In this document: one piece after another, positions 56,806-64,000 of the stretch
How the letters are laid out: each line of letters starts with the position of its first letter
Numbering within the stretch: the stretch's first letter is position 1
Origin: an uncultured delta proteobacterium
GTDB taxonomy: Bacteria; Myxococcota_A; Polyangia; Polyangiales; Polyangiaceae
Direction of reading: 5' to 3'
DNA: 64,000 nt
Assembly: GCA_963716725.1 (NCBI GenBank)
Contig: CAVQUB010000003.1
Location: forward strand, 192,001-256,000
The notes under the pieces: generated by a model
Seen by the model: only the letters and a program-made list of their open reading frames with translations
What the model was told of the DNA's origin: nothing
Databases searched by the model: none
Translations under genes and position numbers: made by a program

Positions 56806-59346
56806 TCACTTCCAGTCGACGAGCAGCCGACGGAGCCGGCCTTCGCTGCCAGCTCGGTCCGCGATCAACACCTCACGACCCAACAGCGCCGGCGAGATCG
56901 TGGGCGGCACCGCCGAGCTGAGGCTCATCAGTCGCACTGCAGCACTTGCCTTGCCGCCCGCCCACTCGGACGCCCAGACCCCCGCGGCTCCGTCTCTCAC
57001 GGCGTTCATCAAGACCCGACAAGCGTCGTCTCGACACTCCAGCGCGAGCGCATTCGGAGCGCTGCCGCTGAGCGGGATCGTCAGTGACTTGCCGAGGGGA
57101 CGGGCATCGGCACCGAGCTCGACGACGCGGACCTCCGCATCGCCGGACGCTCCGCTCGGGGAAACGCTCTCCTCGATCCACGCCAGCAGCGCGCCCTTGC
57201 CAACCAAGGCGAGGGCCGGCGAGCGCGAGTGCCGGGGCGTCTTCTCGACCACTTGCTCGCTGCCGACGAGGGATGCATCCGACCCTTTCAGGGCAGCGAC
57301 GTAGATGTCGCCAACACCGGGCTGGTCCTTGTCGCGCGCGTCGGACCAGGCGATGAGGGCGTCTGGTCCCCGCGCGACCAGGGCGACCTCTGCCGCGGAT
57401 CCGGCCGCGCTGGTGATGCGCTTGTCCGGGCCGGCGCTCAAGAGCATGCGGTTGATCCGCGCCGCGTACACCTCGGCATCGCCGCTCCGCTCGTCGATCC
57501 AGGCCAGCAACCAGCCGTCGCCGACGCCGGTTGCCGCCACGTCGCTCTTCTCCCCGGGGGCGCGGGTCAGCATGCGTTGCCGGAGCTTCTTGCCCTTGTC
57601 GTCCACGACCGTGACAAACACCTGCGGCACCTTGTAGTCCATCGCGGTCCATGCGAGCAGCGCGTCGGGCTGCCCGGCGGTGCTGGCCGCGAGCGCAACA
57701 CCTCCCAGAGAGCGTGCACGGATCGAAATCGTCTCTGCGGCGAGCGGCGCGCCAGACCCAGGGAGCGCTCGCACTTGGAGCAACGCTCGCGTTGGATCCA
57801 TCCGCCCGTCAGGCGCAGCTTTGGTGGGCCGCACCCAGGGCGTGCTGGGATCGAAGTAGGTGACCCACGCCGCCAGGGACGTCGGACCCACCTTGGTCGA
57901 CGAGAGGTCGGCGAGCGGATCCGTCTTTGCGATCACTTCGATGGCGGCAGCGCGGGGCGGCGGCGGGCGCCCCGCTCGGCGCGCGGCCGGCACGAAGCCT
58001 CCCCGCTTGCCCTCGGCGCGGATCGCCCACACCGGGGTGGGGTTGGTGGCTTGCGCGCCCAGCACGCGACATGGCTTCATCTCGCAGGAAAGCCCCCACA
58101 CGAGATCCGGTGCCTCGCCCCGGAGCGAGGCGATCTTCAGCGGCTCCGACGCGACCACGCGGAGGCTCGCGTCGAGCTCGACGTAGGTGGGCAAGAGCGG
58201 CGCGTCCGGGCACTCCTGCTCTTTTCGACACACCTTCGCCACGGTGAGCGCGGTGAGCCCCGCCGGAAGCGCAGCCAGCTCCGGGATCGATCCGTCCCGC
58301 ACGCCGTGGTCCAAGGTGGCTCGGGCTTCGCCCAGCTTTCCGTCGCTCGAGATGGGTGCGAGGGAGATCTTGCGACCGGTCGCCGGACGCTCGAGCAGGC
58401 TCTCCCAGGCGAGGTAGGCGCTGCCTCCCTTCTCGTGGGGTGGGACGAGACGGATCAGCGCCTGCTCGCCGATACTGTCTTCGAGGACCGTGGGCGACGC
58501 CGCGAGCTTGCCCCCGGAGTTGATCGACGCGAACCAGAGCTTCTCGTGATCGGACCAAGCCAGGAGCAGCCCTCGTTCTATCCTCACCATGTCGAGTTCG
58601 CGCACCTTCGGTGCTGCGGACGTGACTTCGACCCGCGAGGATGGCGCCCCGTGGTCGTCGAGGATCTCGAGGTGGACTCGGCCGGTTTCGCCGACCGCGG
58701 CCACGGCGGCCCCGGCGCCGAACCTCACGGCCTGCCAGGCGCGAGCATTCTTGACGAAGGGCTCGGGCTGCATGCGCTCTTGTCCCACCAGCGCGGCAAA
58801 GAGATCGGCGCCGCCCGGATTCTTCACGCCCCAGAGCGCGAGCGTGCCGCTCGACGTGGCGACCAGATCGATCCAGACGACGTCGCCAACCACTTCCGTC
58901 AGACTGACCGGTAAGCCCTTCGGTCGCCCACGCAGATCGAGCTCGAGTGAGTCGAGGACGGTGCGCCCGCCGTCCTTTCGGGTCGAGAGCAGCGCGAAAC
59001 CGGCGGGCTCTGCCTCGACCACGGCCACGCCGACTTCACCCGGCGCGTTCGAGAGGCGCAGCGGCGCGCCGCGAGGCATCCCGATATCGTCGAAGCCGAC
59101 GCCGAACCAGGCCCGGCCTTTCTCCGCGGCCTGCGCCCAGACCGCGACACCCCCGGACGAGGTCGTCGCGACGTAGGGGCCAACTGTGCCGGCGGGCACG
59201 CTGGCGAAGCGCACGCTGTCGAGGGCGTCTTTGCCCGCGGACGCGCCGGCGCTCGGAGCCACGGGCCCAGGTCGCGCCGGCTTGGCGACCTCGCTCTGCC
59301 CCGCACAAGCGCCGACGGCGAGAGCCAACATGAAGATGCAACGCAT
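56806..59346 (-). CDS. Large hypothetical lipoprotein (probable beta-propellers)
   Basis: Lipobox VGAC; repeated LLAW.D/E strands. Confidence 0.82.
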   Translation of the reverse strand: MRCIFMLALAVGACAGQSEVAKPARPGPVAPSAGASAGKDALDSVRFASVPAGTVGPYVATTSSGGVAVWAQAAEKGRAWFGVGFDDIGMPRGAPLRLSNAPGEVGVAVVEAEPAGFALLSTRKDGGRTVLDSLELDLRGRPKGLPVSLTEVVGDVVWIDLVATSSGTLALWGVKNPGGADLFAALVGQERMQPEPFVKNARAWQAVRFGAGAAVAAVGETGRVHLEILDDHGAPSSRVEVTSAAPKVRELDMVRIERGLLLAWSDHEKLWFASINSGGKLAASPTVLEDSIGEQALIRLVPPHEKGGSAYLAWESLLERPATGRKISLAPISSDGKLGEARATLDHGVRDGSIPELAALPAGLTALTVAKVCRKEQECPDAPLLPTYVELDASLRVVASEPLKIASLRGEAPDLVWGLSCEMKPCRVLGAQATNPTPVWAIRAEGKRGGFVPAARRAGRPPPPRAAAIEVIAKTDPLADLSSTKVGPTSLAAWVTYFDPSTPWVRPTKAAPDGRMDPTRALLQVRALPGSGAPLAAETISIRARSLGGVALAASTAGQPDALLAWTAMDYKVPQVFVTVVDDKGKKLRQRMLTRAPGEKSDVAATGVGDGWLLAWIDERSGDAEVYAARINRMLLSAGPDKRITSAAGSAAEVALVARGPDALIAWSDARDKDQPGVGDIYVAALKGSDASLVGSEQVVEKTPRHSRSPALALVGKGALLAWIEESVSPSGASGDAEVRVVELGADARPLGKSLTIPLSGSAPNALALECRDDACRVLMNAVRDGAAGVWASEWAGGKASAAVRLMSLSSAVPPTISPALLGREVLIADRAGSEGRLRRLLVDWK

Positions 59347-59439
59347 GCGGCTCGGAAGCTACGAGCGCGCCCTGCGGCGCGCAACAGGGAAGACGTGGAC
59401 CGGTTTCAGCGTTCTGGAACAATCAGCTAGGATCTGCCA

Positions 59440-61097
59440 GTGACACTTGCGCAGCGCCTGCTCGTCGCGACTCTGCTGCTCACCGTGGTCACCACGGTGA
59501 GCCTCGGATTCGGCGTGCGCGAAGCTTGGCGGCGCACGGAAGAAGAGCGATTCCGTGAGCAGGGCGCGGCGGCCTTCGCGCGCCTCGAGAGACAGCTGGG
59601 CACCGCGGTTCGGGACCTGCCTGAGCTCGTCGAGCCTCTGTGCAAGCACGATCCGATGGTGGACAGCGCGCTGGTGGGCCTCAAGGCGCGCGATCTCGAC
59701 TCGCGCCGGTTGTCGCTCAGCCTGCGCGTGCCCGAGCTGATGAAGGCCCTGCGCCTCGACGAGCTAGTGCTGGTGACCAGCGAGGGCGAGATCCTCGGCG
59801 CGGGGCACGCCGACGGGTTGGTGGGCAAGCGCGACAAGAAGCTGGCTCAGCGCATGCAGAGCGGTGTCGGTTCGGCCCGCGTGCGCACCTCCGATCCCCC
59901 GCTGGCCATCGAAGCCGGGTGTTTGCTCCGCGATCGCGAGCACGAACGGCTGTGGGTCGGCCTGTTCGCCGCGCGTCATCTGGATCCGATGCTGCAGGCG
60001 ACGGCGGAATCTCACGGGGTGCGCCTCTCGCTCTCGAGACCCGCAGGCGGGCAAGACATGGTGACGGCCGTCAACGTGGCCGAGCTCGGGGGCATGACGC
60101 TGTTTGCGAGTCAGTCACGCGTGCCGCTCGCGCGGGCGCTGAAGGCTCTCGACTCCGCCATTGTCGTGATCGGGGAAGCTCCTTCGGTGCCGCGCTGCTG
60201 ATTGCGCTCATGCTCTCCCGGGGCCTGGCGCGCCCCATCGTCAAGATGGCCGAGCAGGCCCGGGCGGTGATCGGGGGCGAGCCCAAACCGGTGAGGGGCA
60301 AGGGCGGCAAGGAGTTGGTCGAGCTGGCCAACGTGTTCAATCAAGCCATCGCGGACCTGACCCAACTTCGGAAGCGGCTGGCGGCCACGGAGCGCATCGC
60401 CGCACGCCGGGAGATTGCCCGGCGCGTGGCCCACGAGATCAAGAATCCGCTCGCGCCCATTCGAGCCGCCGTCGAGACCTTGCGCCGTCTGCGTGCGCGG
60501 AACGATCCAGCCTTCGACGAGTACTTCGACGAAGCGACCCGGACCGTGCTCGACGAAGTGACCCGTATCAACAACATCGTGTCGGAGTTCACCCGCTTCG
60601 CGCGCTTGCCCCCACCGAACCCGTCACCCATCGAACTGGCAGACGTGATTCGAAAGGTCGTGAACCTGCACGCGAGCAGCGGCGCCGACATCGAGCTCTC
60701 GGTCTCGCCCGTTGTCGTGGTGAACGCCGACGGCGACCAAATGGTGCAGGTGCTCACCAACCTGATCCAGAACGCCATCGACGCGGCCCAGGCGTCGAAG
60801 AGCCCCCGAGTCACGGTGACGCTCGCCCCGGAGGGAGCGGACAAGATCCGTCTCTCGGTGCGCGACAACGGCCCGGGTGTGTCTGCGGAGCTGCGCGGTC
60901 GTCTGTTCGAGCCCTACGTCACGACAAAGCCGGAGGGCACGGGCCTCGGCCTCGCCATCGTGCACCGCATCGTGCTGGAGCACGGCGGCGAGATCGTCTA
61001 CGCGGATGCCGCGGGTGGCGGCGCCGAATTCACGTTGGTGCTGCCTGTGGCGGGGCCGACTTTGCTGACCGAGGCTCCGGCCCCTTCTTCGGTCTGA
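59440..61097 (+). CDS. NtrY-like sensor histidine kinase; apparent 1-nt frameshift near 60175
   Basis: TM and periplasmic part in one frame; TM2-HAMP, AHEIKNPL, NLIQNA, DNGPG, GTGLGL in the next. Confidence 0.9.
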
Positions 61098-61138
61098 GGG
61101 AAGGGACTGGGCTCCCCCAGCGTGTAACTGATCAGAGC

Positions 61139-61711
61139 ATGTCGAAATTCGCGGTCAGCCTGTTGCTAGTGGCCTTCGCCAGCGGTTGTTCGTTTTCGAC
61201 CACCCTGGTCGCCGGGACGCCCGGCGGAGCGCAGGGAGCGCACTTCCCCCCGTACGCTGCCCAGACGACGCCCGCTGGGGAGCCTGCCCCGGCAGCGCAG
61301 CCGGCGGAGCCCGCTCGCCCCGCCCCGATCGCCGCGCGCCCTGCGATCGCGCCCCCCGCCGCGCAACCGCCGCTCGCGAACACCTCGCCGTGGTCGGTCC
61401 CGCCACGGATCAGGGAGCCCGCCGCGCCTGCGCCGTCTCCAGCCCCCCGGGCGGGCGCGCCCCCCCGGGCCACGACGCCCGCGACGCCCACGACTCCCCC
61501 GTCCCGTCCAGCGCCCTCCACCCACGCGGCGGCGGCGTCGCGGCCGCCCCATGCGGCACAGCCTGTCGCAGCGAACGCGCCGCCCACCGAAGCCAAGCCG
61601 GCGCCCCACAAGAAGCTGCCCAAGAAGCTCAAGAAGCCGGGCGGCAAGAACACCTGGCTGGTCGACCGAGACCCGAACACGCTGCCCCAGAACCCGCCGC
61701 CGCCCCAGTAA
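61139..61711 (+). CDS. Pro/Ala-rich lipoprotein
   Basis: Lipobox ASGC; low-complexity body. Confidence 0.7.
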   Translation: MSKFAVSLLLVAFASGCSFSTTLVAGTPGGAQGAHFPPYAAQTTPAGEPAPAAQPAEPARPAPIAARPAIAPPAAQPPLANTSPWSVPPRIREPAAPAPSPAPRAGAPPRATTPATPTTPPSRPAPSTHAAAASRPPHAAQPVAANAPPTEAKPAPHKKLPKKLKKPGGKNTWLVDRDPNTLPQNPPPPQ

Positions 61712-61777
61712 TCGCCGAAGGCGCTTGGCGCTTCGCCCATAGCCCAATAATCTCGCCGCCATGCGCAGTGGGCGAGC

Positions 61778-63388
61778 ATGAACGGTCTGTCCCAGCGAAA
61801 GCTGATGGCTCTGGGGCTACCCCTGCTGGCGGGCATCGTCGTTGCGTTCGTGCGCCAAGACATCGCGAGCTACGCGCTCGCGGTCGGCGTGATCGGGGCG
61901 GTCGGAGCGTGGATGGCGGGTTCGGGTGAAGCGCCCTCCGGCTCCCTCGACGGGGTCGTGACGGCGCTGCGACGGCTGCGCGAAGGCAAGCGACCTGAGC
62001 TGCCGCCCAGCGCCGATCCGGCGATGAAGCCGCTGCACGACGAGATCAACGACCTGCACGAGACCATGGCCGATCTCGAAGCCCGCGACGAGCAGCGCGC
62101 CGGCGCTGTCGACGCTGCGTCGCTCGCGGTCTCCGACGCGCTGCGCACGCTGACCGAGGGCGTAGCGGGTCAACTCGACGCCAGCGAAGACACGGCGAAG
62201 ACCATCAAAGAGTCGACCTCGTCGCTGCGTGAGATCGCCCAGCACGTCGAGGTGCTGGCGGCGAGTGCCGAGGAATCGAGCTCGTCGATTCTGGAGATGA
62301 CGGCCACGAACGAAGAGGTGGCGACGAATATCGTCGAGCTCGCCTCCAGCGTTCGCGAGAGCGTCTCCAGTATCGAAGAGATGGCCTTCTCGATCAAAGA
62401 GGTCGCCAAGAACGTCGACGCGCTCTCGCTGACGGCTGAAGAGACCAGCTCGAGCATGAACGAGATGGATGTCTCCATCGACCAGGTCCAGTCGAACGCC
62501 AACGAGACGGCGAGGCTCAGCGAAGAGGTGGCTCAGGACGCCGAGCGGGGCGCCGAGTCCATTCTGAAGACGATTGGGGAGATCTATCGCATCAAGGAGA
62601 GCAGCCAAGAGGCGGTCGCGGTCATGTCCAACCTGGGCTCCCGCATCGACGCCATCGGTCAGATCCTCAACGTCATCGACGACGTCGCGGAGCAGACCAA
62701 CCTGCTCGCGCTCAACGCCGCGATCATCGCGGCGCAGGCCGGGGAGCACGGCAAGGGCTTTGCGGTCGTCGCCGACGAAATCAAGGATCTGGCGGAGCGC
62801 GCCGGCGCTAGCACCAAGGAAATCGCCGACCTGATCAAGACCATCCAGTCCGAGAGCCGCAACGCCATCGTGGCCGTCGAGCGCGGCGCTCAGAACGTCG
62901 ACCGTGGCGTCGAGGTCTCGAACGAAGCCGAGCGCGCGCTGAAGAAGATCCTCGAGAGCTCTCAGAAGAGCACCAACATGGTGAGAGCCATCGCCCGCGC
63001 CACGGTGGAGCAGGCCAAGGGCAGCAAGCAGGTCACCGACGCCATCGGGCGCATCGCGGAGACCGTCCAGCAGATCGCCGCGGCCACCGCTCAACAGGCG
63101 CGCGGCTCGGAGCTCGTGATCCGCACCAGTGACAAGATGCGGGCCATCTCCCAGCAGGTCGAGCGCTCGAGCCAAGAGCAGGCGCGGGGCGGGCGTCAGG
63201 TCACCCAGGCCATCGAGAGCATCAGCCACATGGTCAACCAGATCAACGCCTCGCACCGCTCGCAGACCCGTGGAACCGAGCACGCGCTCGTCACGGCGAC
63301 TCGGCTCGAAGAGACCGCGCGTCGGCAGGACGCCGCGCTGCGGGAGCTGATCACTCACACCGAGAAGCTGCGCAAAGCGCTGTCTTGA
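61778..63388 (+). CDS. Methyl-accepting chemotaxis protein (2 TM, no periplasmic sensor)
   Basis: VAEQTNLLALNAAIIAAQAGEHGKGFAVVADEIKDLA signalling hairpin. Confidence 0.95.
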   Translation: MNGLSQRKLMALGLPLLAGIVVAFVRQDIASYALAVGVIGAVGAWMAGSGEAPSGSLDGVVTALRRLREGKRPELPPSADPAMKPLHDEINDLHETMADLEARDEQRAGAVDAASLAVSDALRTLTEGVAGQLDASEDTAKTIKESTSSLREIAQHVEVLAASAEESSSSILEMTATNEEVATNIVELASSVRESVSSIEEMAFSIKEVAKNVDALSLTAEETSSSMNEMDVSIDQVQSNANETARLSEEVAQDAERGAESILKTIGEIYRIKESSQEAVAVMSNLGSRIDAIGQILNVIDDVAEQTNLLALNAAIIAAQAGEHGKGFAVVADEIKDLAERAGASTKEIADLIKTIQSESRNAIVAVERGAQNVDRGVEVSNEAERALKKILESSQKSTNMVRAIARATVEQAKGSKQVTDAIGRIAETVQQIAAATAQQARGSELVIRTSDKMRAISQQVERSSQEQARGGRQVTQAIESISHMVNQINASHRSQTRGTEHALVTATRLEETARRQDAALRELITHTEKLRKALS

Positions 63389-64000
63389 GCCTCGCCGCCG
63401 CGCTCCCCGCTGTCGCTGCGGCGTTCGCGGTCACGCTGGTGCGCATCCAAGTCAGGCGCAGACTGGCGCCTGTTCGCTCCGCCGCGACGCGCGCCTGGCA
63501 GCCGCGGGATCTCGTGCTCGCGTTGGCGGTGGTCGGGGCTGCGCTCGCCACACGACTGATCCTGCTCGAGGCGCGCCCGATCGACAACGACGAGCCCGTG
63601 GGTCTCGGAATCGCTTCGCTCGGGGCTTGGGCAGCCGAAACGGATTCGCGTTTGCACCCGCCGTTGCCCGCGCTCTTGATGACCTGGCTGGGCGGCGCGA
63701 CGAAGATCGAGGCCGCGCGATCCGTGTCGGTGCTGGCCGGCACGGCCAGCGCGGCCATCGCCTTCGCGATGGTGCGTGGGAGCGCCGGGCGAGGGCCGGC
63801 GTTCTTGGCAGGCCTCTGGCTCGCGCTGATGCCCGCTGCCATCCACACCTCGCAGCTGGCTCGGGGCTACGCGCTCTGCGCCTTCGGCCTGATCGCTGCC
63901 CACGCGTGTCTAGAGAAGGCGCTCGCCACCGGCCGAGAGCGCTGGTTCGCGCTGTACTCCGTCGCAGCCGCTCTGGCTCTGACCAGCGAATACTGGGCGC
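63385..64000 (+). CDS. GT-C fold (PMT/GT39-like) membrane glycosyltransferase, partial
   Basis: TTG overlaps the MCP stop; own translation gives TM-R..L...IDNDE...HPPL...ARSVS...SQLARGYAL; runs off the window. Confidence 0.78.
   Translation, partial: MSLAAALPAVAAAFAVTLVRIQVRRRLAPVRSAATRAWQPRDLVLALAVVGAALATRLILLEARPIDNDEPVGLGIASLGAWAAETDSRLHPPLPALLMTWLGGATKIEAARSVSVLAGTASAAIAFAMVRGSAGRGPAFLAGLWLALMPAAIHTSQLARGYALCAFGLIAAHACLEKALATGRERWFALYSVAAALALTSEYWA

Noticed and set aside
1..64000. tRNA/rRNA genes, integrases, transposases, cas genes, self-targeting spacers
   Set aside because: None recognised by eye; a spacer-versus-genome alignment and tRNAscan were not run, so weak matches cannot be excluded

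Overview
GC-rich chromosomal window, most likely from a myxobacterium (Myxococcota, probably Polyangiales). This is inferred from a MYXO-CTERM protein, a Ser/Thr kinase-PEGA-Cys-rich lipoprotein triad and many Gly/Cys-rich lipoproteins. It opens inside the trailer end of a type I-E-like CRISPR array (22 repeats of 28 bp, 33-bp spacers, no cas genes in view). About 50 genes follow: adaA/alkA-ogt, an M66-like metalloprotease, phoH, Uma2, GAF/HD-GYP, vapBC, a decayed kup and cysK patch, a two-gene fused 2-oxoacid:ferredoxin oxidoreductase, MBOAT and a polysaccharide deacetylase, two sensor kinases, a diguanylate cyclase, YceI/LysR, an ECF sigma operon, a pseudokinase plus degenerate HD-GYP pair, an M20 peptidase, a B12-radical SAM, GH31, a serine hydrolase, an MCP and a GT-C glycosyltransferase. 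Most notable: (1) a B12-radical SAM with a fused lipoprotein-signal-like tail carrying repeated D-P-x-P-P-P motifs, a candidate self-modifying RiPP-like system; (2) two small cassettes (vapBC, Uma2), each flanked by palindromic direct repeats that duplicate the upstream gene's stop codon, with no recombinase nearby; (3) a near-duplicate spacer pair differing at one seed-region base; (4) an orphan ~210-nt sRNA candidate and a structured leader upstream of kup. Four single-base frameshifts at short homopolymers are probably sequencing errors. All calls come from reading motifs by eye; no database search was run.
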